IMG/VR virus record: IMGVR_UViG_3300042564_000781
Span: 1-64,000 of that record
Direction: 5' to 3' (one strand)
Origin: a virus
DNA: 64,000 nt
This document shows, piece by piece, positions 12,301-19,655 of this stretch. The notes under the pieces are model-generated. The model made no database searches. It was not told where the DNA came from and saw nothing but the letters and a program-made list of their open reading frames with translations. Position numbers and translations under genes: made by a program. How positions within the stretch are numbered: position 1 is the first letter of the stretch; every line of letters begins with the position of its first letter.

Positions 12301-13926
12301 TAATATTTGATTGCCAGTTGTTAAACCGTGACCTATGGCATTCGTCAATGTATCGGTTTCTATTGTAATAATATTAGTATCTGGATCAATCCCAGGCAGG
12401 GCATAAAAACCAATCTGGCGGCCAGGTACTGTGACATTTACAAAGTTAATATTAAAGATTCGATCTTTAACTAGGGAGTCAGTATCTGCTGTAAACAGTA
12501 TTCGCATTCCTGCAGCAAGGTCTACACCGTCAACATTATATCCTAATTGCCCTTCAACAGTTGAGAATACATCTGTAGTAAATGTATCAACTAATGTAAC
12601 ATTGGCCTTTGCTTGATGACCAAAATTAAATAATTTTAGTCCAGCATCAAATTCAATAATAGGACGAATTGCTCGAGCTGATTGATCAAGAGAGGGAACT
12701 TGATCAGCAGCATTGGCGGCTGCTATAATTACATCTTGATGGAACCAACGGTTGTATCGACTCCACGGATTTCTATCTGGAGTACCTCGAGCAACTAATA
12801 TGTAGTCTTTATATTGTGGGAACGAAGTGGCAGTACTGAATGGGCTTTGGTCAAAAGGCTCATCGTCAAATAATAGTGCCCTTTCTTGAGAATATGTACT
12901 GATAATTTCCAAATCAGTTTCTGCAACTAATCGAATTGCAGTGCCCACTCCCTCTACATACCAATAGCCTGTTGCATAGTTTATAGGAAAAATGTTGCCT
13001 TCAAATTTTAACTTCATACCGTTTGACAACGGAATACCGTTACTCATAGTATATGATTTCTTACCTAAAATATCAGCATCAACATTTAAGTATGTGTTTT
13101 CATCAATATCCAATACATGGAATACTCCGCCAGTATCAACACTGTTTTCACTAACATAGTATAATACATCAGGCGAATTAACTCCTACAGTAAAAGTTAT
13201 TGTGCCCAACTCGACCGCAGAATTAGAAACTCCAATTGTATATCTATCTAGAGCACCTGCTACTCTAGCAGTTTTAATACTGAACGGATTTCCTGGCGAG
13301 TTGATAACAAATGTATATGTTTGCCCTCTATACAAAGTTAGGGTAGGATTGCGAGTTAGTCCATCGGGTGAGAATAAAAATGCATAATTATCTGATTCAT
13401 CAACTGCGTCAACTGTATATGTACTTTCTATAGCCAGTTGTTGTCCGGTAATTTCAATAGGTGCTGGGCCGTACGGTAACCAGTAGTATTGTTGATAATT
13501 AACAAATTTATCCCAGTTAATATGCGGGTCCCACGAGTATGATTCTTGACTGTTTATTCTTTCATGGTTTAAAACATTGCCACCGAGTACATCAACATGA
13601 TTTATATGATCAATATAGTCTTTGTAAAAATTAGTATTTCCTAGATAGTCTTGAATAACTGCTGCTGGCTCTAATTGATAATTTTGTCGAGTAGTATCAG
13701 CAGCCTTTACAAAAATGTCAGCTGATGTTATTGCTTTGGCCGTTTGTCGTCCAATGTATCCGTTAACTTTTTTAACTGCTCCGGGCTGCGTTAGTTGATC
13801 TAAAGTTGCTTGTAAAAACTTTTTATTACTATCTGTTCTAAAAAATCTTGGCAATAAATTTGCCGAATCTCTGTTGTCAGCATTTGACAACGGTAGGCCT
13901 GATTCGTTTTGATCGTTATTTGCCAT
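388..13926 (-). CDS. Giant (4512 aa) virion structural protein, probably baseplate wedge/fibre-anchoring (gp7-like position)
   Basis: Uninterrupted ORF coupled to the gp6-like gene (TAATG). Contains FG-GAP-like propeller repeats (QEFGAETALS, ELFGTKLAF, DRFGESISI, DQFGTTVQF), CBM5/12-like WxxxxxYxxGxxVxY motifs and GxGY beta repeats. Confidence 0.7.
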   Translation of the reverse strand: MANNDQNESGLPLSNADNRDSANLLPRFFRTDSNKKFLQATLDQLTQPGAVKKVNGYIGRQTAKAITSADIFVKAADTTRQNYQLEPAAVIQDYLGNTNFYKDYIDHINHVDVLGGNVLNHERINSQESYSWDPHINWDKFVNYQQYYWLPYGPAPIEITGQQLAIESTYTVDAVDESDNYAFLFSPDGLTRNPTLTLYRGQTYTFVINSPGNPFSIKTARVAGALDRYTIGVSNSAVELGTITFTVGVNSPDVLYYVSENSVDTGGVFHVLDIDENTYLNVDADILGKKSYTMSNGIPLSNGMKLKFEGNIFPINYATGYWYVEGVGTAIRLVAETDLEIISTYSQERALLFDDEPFDQSPFSTATSFPQYKDYILVARGTPDRNPWSRYNRWFHQDVIIAAANAADQVPSLDQSARAIRPIIEFDAGLKLFNFGHQAKANVTLVDTFTTDVFSTVEGQLGYNVDGVDLAAGMRILFTADTDSLVKDRIFNINFVNVTVPGRQIGFYALPGIDPDTNIITIETDTLTNAIGHGLTTGNQILYLNNGNIDISGLINRKAYYVLVLNTTQIKLYTDKNLTVVADIFATGSDVHKLEVFSGYRKQINLVEADDSIPLVNETVLVEQGIINQGLMYWYTGTTWKIGQTKTLVNQPPLFDVFAADRDSYGNALDYDGTTFAGTKLFSYKVGTGSNDTELGFPLSYQNINNIGDIAFEFNLLSDTFKYKNVVDIITQTTDVGFLKSISGLTTFEYVNGWKTTLISNLQPIIRTFKESGLVNNFPVDVYSSVDNLADLEVRVYINGKRQPRSNYTITENSVRKYILLETNVALTDVVTLKCFSAQQKNNNGYYEIPVNLQNNPLNNNLSEFTLGQVIDHVDTIIDNITTFVGTYPGTSNLRDIGNVTPYGTRFIQHAGPVNLSLYHLGTPTANVFKALAQARDDYSKFKRAFIVTATSSGIDTDPRRHVDYVLAELAKDKSTSRPYYLSDMFGYAASNIFEYTVLDARTKIYPLNTAFNLTALSNKAVNLYLNDVQLVEGQDYIFGTDVFFEILTDLTDGDIIMAVEYESTDGSFCPATPTKLGLYPKFVPSKFVDTTYAEPTEVIQGHDGSITIAFGDYRDDLILELEKRIFNNIKVQYNPNIFNIYDYIPGYDRPTVYSKDEYEAILGTFFYQWTSNVGQDFTKQNVEWWNRLDPFTFNYRGNYSPNGYPVPAYWRGIYRWLLDTDRPHTHPWECLGFSLPPAWWQEVYGPVPYTSDNLIMWDDLRQGIVREPGQPIRRLEKFAKSILAHGVPVDENGDLQDPVNANFVNGPIKPTAEGYYTFGDVGPVESAWRRSGHYPFAIIQAALLMQPNRVLGTCLDRSRIVRNLSNQLVYSETGLRIRLADIVLPSTSASTQRVSTSGLINYIIDYLTNDTTVLISQYQTDLDTLTNNLGVKLGGFTAKNKFKLLLDSKSPTSTGSIFIPEENYTVFLNTSSAVKKVVYSGVVITKHVDGFEITGYYNEQPYFNYYPWLESARTINVGGISESYIVWTAGKRYVAGGIVYYGNRYYRVNVTHTSTDTFDAALFSRLAELPVSGGRDANIRKSWDTTLTLTLGYGTKLATVQEVVDFLQGYGAYLSNQGFVFDDFNTTLKAITNWETAVKEFMFWTTQNWGAGAVLSVSPAANRITLSTNNSVVNDLLDPFYGYKIFRVDGQKLEPEFTNTYRNDDENSFSLTPTSTTHGIYGAVFYLIQKEHVMILDNRTLFNDVIYDLEPGYRQERIKVIGYLSQGWKGGFNIPGFIFDQARIYDWTPWTDYKLGDIVKYKEFYYSALSTLPGVQKFNAADWSLLAEKPTAKMSANWDYRSEQFTDFYDLDTDNFDAEQQKFAQHLIGYQKRQYLENIIKDDVSQYKFYQGMIIEKGTQNVLNKLFDVLSADGVESLTFNEEWAVRVGSYGAVTAFNETEFILDESQFKINPQPVELVSTVDSTVVDFIYRQRPLDVYIKPLGYNNDIWSVTGTKQYLRTPGFVRYEDVLLSVDTLADALQNDISTFTEGDYVWCAFENKLNSFSEKWNVYRFTQSLFTVTKAEYFYNSTSKLGEVVLTCNTIPNVIVGDIVGLTNVAIPKDGFYTVYSVGIERVGGTPDASTPRKIVIRTVATGWEPLPEPPGIVLYQFVPCLFDTIDNANDNLPTSIKPNELLWTKDSGNGTWGVYENNSVYNSFNIDLSTIPDLTGLNFGKKVTVSQVGTTAVVTDADQVIILERQNISATYNANTTQLYKWIQTHSLVIDPSIADVAGQEFGAETALSADGKWLAIASPSASNVDSSGYANQGYVSLYYKAAGNRYTFVNSIISQNASADELFGTKLAFAKLDNTYILAVSATDAVYFYQATGTSSWSNYVNPLVITDVENITISATGNMFAAAVPSAVSDKGQVKLYTLTLGNYVLSTTFTGTATSDRFGESISIAQSSQYIAIGSDIGTVYIYDTDNTSTPYQTITSLTKDIGDQFGTTVQFTNNDTTLVVFATGDSRVDIYDLYGTKFLYGESVTSTAVSYGASITAGNNTILVGAPNFNSSAGAVFSYVKPPLLKSWTLKVYEQPRPNISSVKKAYLYNKITNTIVSYLDVVDPIQGKIPGLADQEIRYKTYFDPATYSVGTSSVNVDSGLNWTTAQVGMLWWNLTRAKFMDNQGGEVVYRSTTWNKLYKTASIDIYEWVETKYLPSEWDKLADTTKGLAAGISGTSLYGDTVYSIKNKYDTVGQKLIPTYYFWVKNKKITPNSVSRTISAEKISSLISDPIGYGYTCVAPTGANSFSLVNFANLLEGTDIVLNFQTWLIDNHDINMHSQWKIISEHPNTTIPKNIENKWIDSLIGKDSNDRVIPDTNLPVKNRYGIEFRPRQGMFVNRVEALKQYIERVNAILMENLIVDDFDISGLMLSEPAPSTVSGLWDTVIDFDTELRFIGTASLVQAALTAVTENGIITDILIDNPGYGYKNPPLIKIVSSGIGAVLLPVLDTAGRIVSVTIQNAGRGYFSETMLIVRPHAVLVSSDTSSFDKWSIYEWTARDNSWNRIRSQSYDVTKFWNYADWYATGYTQFTKIDYLVDNTYYLVTLSANNGSIVKVKNIGSGGWLLLEKYNNLTTIDYTQNYKVVGRQAGTIQFASSIYTFVNSSVGFDNQLFDASLYDNYAAAELRIIINSIKDKILVDDLRVEYLKLFFSSLRYVMHEQIFIDWAFKTSFVKATHNVGELKEKVTYNNDNLSNFEDYINEVKPYRTKIREYVSSYNKTDYARQSTTDFDLIPLVTENLTVTPMNVTVTNNGTIDASSSDILTYPWKHWNDHVGFTIQSVEIFNGGNGYINQPVVKIEGGFGTGASAKAYISNGKVNRIDLISGGTRYLKAPTITLDGGLSETGTAATAIAIIESEVVRANKIAIKFDRITRDYYISEKTETETLLGTGSRVQFALKWSPRIEIGSASIKLYPSGINPDTPGVTGIDILRGEYTLSTKKSTSKGYTSYSGLLTLDTAPTVGETIRITYEKNFEHMSAADRINFFYEPTSGMLGKDLAQLMNGIDYNGVQLQGLGFGATGGWDALPWFTDEWDGFDPTYDDRIFTAGAGDYTYDLNYAPNVGELLNVYISRYNPTATVNISSATESALSDTSVWITTATPHGFTADMFITIAGVTAGNYIGTYRIRQVISEDTFSITLDRAVVLGTGGTVYGYTYGAPTRLDDLYYGTPDWVSGYAYIVGTRVVYEDYYYVSNVATSSVTFLASEWEKGTIVNADAIMISIPGDGTTEIFTLPSANLTINDKDKVIFRKSTSDGSILPRPNDYDTQLQGGAFNGSVLTTATGYAPADINIDGDDFVTPATSHAPEEIVPGHITDALAIKVYHRPEGGAPNILFKNYVGNGVTDTFIIGQYFATDRAVIVKVGNAIIEQTAYTIDWASNSVIFDTAPLVDSIVSIISVGFNSENILDLDHFIADGTTTEYVTRAPWIEGELTSTVLVNGIVPTYELFRTDNTYDSPDRVAIRFSSSVEADSLINYMIDSGTTVQTASVVKSQMITTNGTATIYNLDNLNSEVLPGNKLQPYETNVIVRKGQEILRPSTVIYFTMADDVLSYTIPAHKFATYSISSNDIRVYSDSNALTPGVGYIVDLLGITIELSQSSYIEGAKLAVVINVDFDYAITDAGTIEFSTVYPASTNIEIISFYNHMLLDIDRTTDIMIPSTTLTPGTTDYYEFTNKLGGYFTLRRSAVSDDFVWIIKNGTLLTHSVDYAVDDDRITVRLKESLESTDVVQVMLFSDQTVRSTFGFMQFKDMLNRVHYKRLRAEKASVLASNLTQSDIEITVADGSVFSLPNPALNLPGIIEINGERIEYFTKVGNVLGQLRRGTLGTGTPLVHLAGQSVQDIGPTETIPYTDKIIIDTIISNGVTTNLGTLQYIPANENEVDVFVNGYKLKKVDYDLFEETNGYPYSDEGDSTFPAEFSVDGTTNGITLTTAAAEGTKVVIVKKELTLWNDPGKSLARSNNKIANFLKENTTVWPR

Positions 13927-16900
13927 TAGTAACTCCCACTAGTAATAGACTGTGTACTTAAAGTAGATGATGTTATAGTTATTGCTCCAGCACTGTTAAT
14001 TTTACTAGCAGTCACAGCTGATATAATTTCAAGGTTGTCAATGGTTGCACCGTTAATAAAAATTTGATCTTTTTCTGATCTTATTTCATATAGACCACCA
14101 AACGATAACGCAGTGTCTTTAGGTACTATTAAAAAAGTTACAATGTTAGGAGTTAATTTGCTCATTATATAAGATGAAAGTTCACTGAAATAAAAGCTGT
14201 CGCCAAAGTCCCAGTTTTCAAGCGAAAAGAATTCATTAATTGCCGACAATACTCTCGATTTAATATCGTTATCACTAATAACAACTTCTGCATTTTTTAC
14301 AATCTTAAATGTTGCCTGTACATCTGAAGACGCTTTTTCGCCAAATAATACTTTATATTTCACTGGATGGTAAATTAATTCATCACTAATTGATTTAATC
14401 TTATTAAGGTCTGCGGCCAACAGTGTATACAAATAATCAGTGCTAGGAGGCAGTGGCTCGGCGGCAATTGTTCCTGCTAACCACTGACGATAAGTTTTAT
14501 CATATTGTTTAGTTAGTATAAATGTATCAATAATATTAGTCAATCCTGGATCTATACGAGACTCGTAATCTGCATTATGAATATATTGAAACTTGATATC
14601 TCTGCGACCAATATATACTTTATAATTTAACGATGATGTAAACTGTGGAGAACTATCTCTATTAAATTGTTTAACAGCACCTACATCTTTAAAATAAAAG
14701 TATTGCCCTGTTGAGAATGCCGATGTATTAGTCGGTTGTGTATCTAGAATTGTAACAGTACTATTACTATTATCAAATAATTTATAGTCTTCTTGTCCTT
14801 GGGCAATAATATATCTTTCAAGTATTACATATTTTTTATTGTCTGGAGAATTAACTATGTCTACAATTTCTTCAAACAGGCTAGGATTATCAACTACACT
14901 GTCGTCGTCAGTGTCACTAAATGTAACTTGAATTTTCTTCGTATCAACATAGCCGTCGAGACCAGTATACTCTTCGGTAATTTCCCAATCACGGTCAAAG
15001 GTAAATGAATTAATAAAACTTGGAGGTGCAGTATTAATACCTAGCACTTTGATTTTATCTTTTACAACAGTATTAGTCCTAGTATCATAAATTTTATCAC
15101 TAGCATCAAAGAAGAATCGAATCTGAGCATCACTTTCAAAAATATATCTGATCAATCTCGATGTCACTGTGTAAAACTCAGTATCAGTAGTAAACAATAT
15201 TAACCAACTAGAATCTTTTTGTTGATTTGAGTTGTTTCCTTGATTAGCAGTACTGAAATCATCTAAAGTATTTAAATTTACTTCGAATACAATTTTCCAA
15301 GTGGCTGTTTCAATATCATATCGCAATCCGAACGGTTTATTTGAAAACATTAAATCTACCATAGTAGCAATAGTAGTTGTATTGATTGAAGATTTCCATG
15401 CTGGGATAAGTTCTGATAACACTGCACCTGTCGGGATAATATCATTTAACACAACAGTGCCCGAACCGTCAATTAGTGTTCCGTCTCCGCCACTAGTTCC
15501 GTCTCCAACAACAGATATTACTTTTGCCCATAAGATGGTAGTTGAATTTGCTATCGCTGCAGAACCTAACACTATTGCATTATCATTAGTTTTATCAAAA
15601 TAGTATCCGGCTGGCGCTGTAAATTTTAATAGTGCGCCAGGGGTTACAAATCTTAAATTAGTATTTGTATATGAACCTAACTGGTAAGGCGCAGCAAGTT
15701 CTCCAATATATCCAGTTGTTTGATTAGTATCTACTGTATTACTGTACCACCTAACATCTAGCGAATCAGTAGCGATTCTAAAGAATTTTGAATAATAAAA
15801 ATCACGCAATTGAGTTGTTTTTAAAGTTTCATATATTTGATTATAAATTACTGCTTCAATATCTGTACGAGTTGCATATGTGAATCTAAAACTAGTGGTA
15901 TATTCTTCTTTGTATACTGCGCCGTCATCTCCAAATAAGTTTGTTTTACTATACTTGCCAGTTGGATCAACTAGATCAAAGTATCTACTAATACCGCTTG
16001 CGCTTCTGTTAACTGCTTTAACTTTAACAACATCTTGATTAACACCTAAGGGACTTAGGTTATAATCTTCAGCAGTTATCATTCTATTTTGAGTATAATA
16101 AGTAGCAGGGGCATTATTTTTAATGCTAGTATTTGATTCAGCTTCTGCTGAATTACCAACCGATGTTTGTAAACCTAGCGTTAATGTTAAAGTTTCAGCT
16201 TGACCAACATTAGACACATAGGGAATTGAAATCCCTACATTTTTTACATCGCGAGGATTGATCGTGTAGCTAATGCCGTTGCTTGCACGATAGTAAACTC
16301 TAAATGTTCCACGAGGTAAGTTACCAAATGTGCCATCACTGAAAACTAAACTTACTCGATCATTAGATCGAGTAAGAACATTATAAATGTTTCTAATAGA
16401 CTTATTCAAACTATTATAGATAATATTATTGCCTTCAAGGCTTGGGACTTTTGCCCAATATTCTGTCTCAACACTATTTTGATCTAAACGATATAACCAT
16501 ACATCGGTATTGTTAACATTGATTGCATCAAGGTCAACAGTTTCATTTGTTGCTGGCTGATCAATAGTAAATGTACCTTGATTTAATAGACCTTGTCTAA
16601 AATGTAGAAAGAACCCGCTGCTAGTACTGCCAGCACCTCTGCCGTCATTTCTATAGACAAATGCCATTCTATTACCGATGGCAGGCGGTTCTTCGTATAT
16701 TTCTTCGCCACCTTTGAATGTAGTAGATACTACTTCAAAACTCATATTTCTGCCATCAATAGCTTTGGCAAAACTGAATACAGGAACGTTAGCATTAGAT
16801 CCCTGGAAGCGATATTGCTCTGTAGCAATCCCGTATACATCAGCTTTATCGTCAGGATTTCCAAACTGGCGACTTGCAGGCAATGCTGCATTTATAACTT

Positions 16901-17372
16901 TAATAAATTGATCATACCAGTTGGGGTTAGCAGGATCGTTCCATCCGATAACTTGATTTGCTAGATTTCTGCCGTTAGAATCAACTACTGTTTGAGTGGT
17001 CTGTACCGCAGTAAATTTCAATAATCCAGAGCCTGCAATATTACGTTTTGAGTTGTAACTGAGCAAGCGGGCCAGGCGTAACACGCTGTCACGACGTTCT
17101 GCTAGTTCTAAAAAGTTTTCGCGGGCGTTTAAATCTGTGCGGAAACTGATGCTTTGACCAAGGAATGCAATTAGGTCAATTAGGGCCAAATACTCTGAGC
17201 TTTCAATGTAATCGTTAAAATCTTCCGGATAGTTTTCACGGATATAATTAATCATTACTCTGCGAAGATTTTCAAAGTCGTAGCTTTGGAAATCTGCATT
17301 ACGAAACGTCTGGTATATACGTTTCCAATCTTCTGCTACCAGTAATCTATTTTGTCGATCAGTTGCTGACAT
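13926..17372 (-). CDS. gp6: Baseplate wedge subunit, T4 gp6-like
   Basis: N-terminal SYDFENLR..YIRENYPEDFNDY and ARENFLELAERRDSVLRLA; FSDGTFG and QNRMITAEDY motifs typical of gp6/baseplate-J; adjacent to gp25. Confidence 0.85.
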   Translation of the reverse strand: MSATDRQNRLLVAEDWKRIYQTFRNADFQSYDFENLRRVMINYIRENYPEDFNDYIESSEYLALIDLIAFLGQSISFRTDLNARENFLELAERRDSVLRLARLLSYNSKRNIAGSGLLKFTAVQTTQTVVDSNGRNLANQVIGWNDPANPNWYDQFIKVINAALPASRQFGNPDDKADVYGIATEQYRFQGSNANVPVFSFAKAIDGRNMSFEVVSTTFKGGEEIYEEPPAIGNRMAFVYRNDGRGAGSTSSGFFLHFRQGLLNQGTFTIDQPATNETVDLDAINVNNTDVWLYRLDQNSVETEYWAKVPSLEGNNIIYNSLNKSIRNIYNVLTRSNDRVSLVFSDGTFGNLPRGTFRVYYRASNGISYTINPRDVKNVGISIPYVSNVGQAETLTLTLGLQTSVGNSAEAESNTSIKNNAPATYYTQNRMITAEDYNLSPLGVNQDVVKVKAVNRSASGISRYFDLVDPTGKYSKTNLFGDDGAVYKEEYTTSFRFTYATRTDIEAVIYNQIYETLKTTQLRDFYYSKFFRIATDSLDVRWYSNTVDTNQTTGYIGELAAPYQLGSYTNTNLRFVTPGALLKFTAPAGYYFDKTNDNAIVLGSAAIANSTTILWAKVISVVGDGTSGGDGTLIDGSGTVVLNDIIPTGAVLSELIPAWKSSINTTTIATMVDLMFSNKPFGLRYDIETATWKIVFEVNLNTLDDFSTANQGNNSNQQKDSSWLILFTTDTEFYTVTSRLIRYIFESDAQIRFFFDASDKIYDTRTNTVVKDKIKVLGINTAPPSFINSFTFDRDWEITEEYTGLDGYVDTKKIQVTFSDTDDDSVVDNPSLFEEIVDIVNSPDNKKYVILERYIIAQGQEDYKLFDNSNSTVTILDTQPTNTSAFSTGQYFYFKDVGAVKQFNRDSSPQFTSSLNYKVYIGRRDIKFQYIHNADYESRIDPGLTNIIDTFILTKQYDKTYRQWLAGTIAAEPLPPSTDYLYTLLAADLNKIKSISDELIYHPVKYKVLFGEKASSDVQATFKIVKNAEVVISDNDIKSRVLSAINEFFSLENWDFGDSFYFSELSSYIMSKLTPNIVTFLIVPKDTALSFGGLYEIRSEKDQIFINGATIDNLEIISAVTASKINSAGAITITSSTLSTQSITSGSY

Positions 17373-17421
17373 ACGCCCTTCCCAATTATTGAGTATTTAG
17401 CGTAGTTTATTATGTAGGAGT

Positions 17422-17865
17422 TTAATTCACAAGTCCGTTAGCTTGATCAAATTTCAGCTGTATAGACTCTTGTATGTAGTATGGCAGGTAGGTTAATCTA
17501 CATTCGATCTGTAGGCCACTTTCATATTGTGTGATGATAACTTGGTCAGCTCGAACACGTGGATCATAGTTGATAATGTCCTCAACATTCTTTGCCACCA
17601 ACTGTTTAAGTTCCTCAGTTAGTGGTTCAAATATCACATCCCAGATCACTGTGCCAAATGTTGGATCATTTAATTTTTCACCTTGTCTTATATGGAAATG
17701 GTTGAGAATATCCTGTTTGATCAGGGCAAGATCATACAGTGCAAAGCTGGTAGCATCTTCAGATATAGTACTAAACCCTTTATAGGTCTTGGTACCGGGA
17801 ACATTCTGCTGAGTTCGATTACCTGGTAAAGTAATCTTTTCATATAGTTTAGGATTAGCTGACAT
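17422..17865 (-). CDS. gp25: Baseplate wedge / sheath initiator, gp25-like
   Basis: IKQDILNHFHIRQGEKLNDPTFGT..IFEP and YDPRV motifs of the GPW/gp25 family. Confidence 0.9.
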   Translation of the reverse strand: MSANPKLYEKITLPGNRTQQNVPGTKTYKGFSTISEDATSFALYDLALIKQDILNHFHIRQGEKLNDPTFGTVIWDVIFEPLTEELKQLVAKNVEDIINYDPRVRADQVIITQYESGLQIECRLTYLPYYIQESIQLKFDQANGLVN

Positions 17866-17882
17866 AATAGTATTTAATCTCT

Positions 17883-19652
17883 TTATTCTTCATCAGGTTC
17901 TGCAGGAGAGAATTTAATAAAAGTATCTTCAATAGTTGTATATTGTTTCCATGCATCTGCAGGAGCGATCATTGTTTCTGAAAAATCTGACTGGTCTGAT
18001 ATTTGCTCTGCATCAGTATCTTCATATCTATCTTCTAGATCTCTGTCAGTTTCTTCTGGCTTGACTTTTAACGGATCTAAGTTTTCATGGTATGGATACG
18101 GCTCAAATGTTGGAATGCGGCGCATAATACTTGGAGGTATGACGTCTTCTACAAACTCTCCAGATTCATCTGACAGCTTATGTAATTTTAAACGTTGAGG
18201 TAATACTGCTTCAGTAGCATTAGCGGCAGTGGCTGCGGTAGATGCCGTAGGTCCGTTAAAATTAATGTTTCCGCCAGATATAGTAGTATTAGCTGCTTTA
18301 ATTTCCATATTCCCTCCAGAAGTTTGAAAGTTGTGGCCGCCAATATTGAAGTCAAAATCTCCGCCTACTTTATGTTGATACGCACCGTCAAACACTTTAT
18401 CTACATCTTGTAATACATGCTGTAAGTAGTTTTGATCGTATAATTTGTTTACATCTTGTTTCACATGATGTGTATAATTTTGCTCGTATGTTTTGTCAAC
18501 ATCTAACTTAACATGTATTTTTTGATTTCCGTCAACAATTAAAATTTGGTCTTCAATCACATGAGTATGTTTTTCACCGCGAACTTTAGTATTAAAATTG
18601 CGACCACATTCAATATTGATATCACGATCTGCATAAAAATTTAAATCGTTTTTACTATGTACACTGACACTGTCCTGTGCAAAAATGTCAATCTTGCCGT
18701 CACTGGTCAGTTCAATCCAAGTGGTACCTCTAGCATTGCCAATATAGATCAAATCTTCAGTATTGTGCATCAGGATTTGATGCCCTGTACGAGTTCTAAA
18801 TCTCATCAACTCGTTGTGCAATAGTGTAGGATCACCGTCAGTTTCTTGATTTTCTACTCTAGCATATTCAGGGGGGCCTTCGCTTGCTGTTGTCTTACGT
18901 AAAAATTTATCGTCACCGTCGTCCATTACAAAGCTGCTGCCGCCGAGTCGACTAACAGCAACATTGTTAGTCCTGTACTCTCGCTTACCAGTGTCTCCAG
19001 TTTTTGCGCCGTCTTGTTTATCTAAAGGTCCGGGAGTTGAAATGCCAAAGACCATTGACGGAGTTTCTCTTCTAGCACTGCTTGATGTAATGCCTCGGAT
19101 ATCATCTTCTAACAATCCCTGATCGTCTAACACAATTTCTTGTGGTGTTGCAGGTTTTGTAATAGCAGTTGCGTCAAGTGTTTCAGCTCCAATAACACTG
19201 TTGAACTCAGCAACTGGCACACGCTCTTTATCAGTAACTTTAGTCTCGTCTACATTGTAATAGGTACTTGCATACCCGGGAGTCATAAAATTCTTTTTGT
19301 CATCGAGCACACAGCCCATCCAAAAGTAGCCTTCTCCTTTGACAAAAATAACCATTACAGTGGATCCTACATCGGGAGGTATCATCCACATGCCGTATGA
19401 TTTTTGTGTGTTATTATAGTTGTCTTCAGCGTCACTAACAAAATCAACGCTGGTGATTCCCCAAAACGGGCTTAGGTATCTTGCCTGCTGTAATTGACCT
19501 TCAGCTGCTTCATCGTTACCACTTTCTCTATATAATTGCACCTCAAGGATGCCCATATAATTTTTGTCGTGATGACTAATAACTTTTGCTAGAAAGGGAC
19601 CAGGGTCTGTTGTTTTTCCTGCATCAGCAACATTTCTTGTATCTTCACTCAT
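17883..19652 (-). CDS. gp5: Baseplate central spike, gp5/VgrG-like (no lysozyme domain seen)
   Basis: OB-fold-like N-terminus (YGMWMIPPDVGSTVMVIF), RTRTGHQILMH, 8-residue-period beta-helix repeats, ISGGNINFNG; lies next to gp25. Confidence 0.75.
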   Translation of the reverse strand: MSEDTRNVADAGKTTDPGPFLAKVISHHDKNYMGILEVQLYRESGNDEAAEGQLQQARYLSPFWGITSVDFVSDAEDNYNNTQKSYGMWMIPPDVGSTVMVIFVKGEGYFWMGCVLDDKKNFMTPGYASTYYNVDETKVTDKERVPVAEFNSVIGAETLDATAITKPATPQEIVLDDQGLLEDDIRGITSSSARRETPSMVFGISTPGPLDKQDGAKTGDTGKREYRTNNVAVSRLGGSSFVMDDGDDKFLRKTTASEGPPEYARVENQETDGDPTLLHNELMRFRTRTGHQILMHNTEDLIYIGNARGTTWIELTSDGKIDIFAQDSVSVHSKNDLNFYADRDINIECGRNFNTKVRGEKHTHVIEDQILIVDGNQKIHVKLDVDKTYEQNYTHHVKQDVNKLYDQNYLQHVLQDVDKVFDGAYQHKVGGDFDFNIGGHNFQTSGGNMEIKAANTTISGGNINFNGPTASTAATAANATEAVLPQRLKLHKLSDESGEFVEDVIPPSIMRRIPTFEPYPYHENLDPLKVKPEETDRDLEDRYEDTDAEQISDQSDFSETMIAPADAWKQYTTIEDTFIKFSPAEPDEE

Positions 19653-19655
19653 AAG

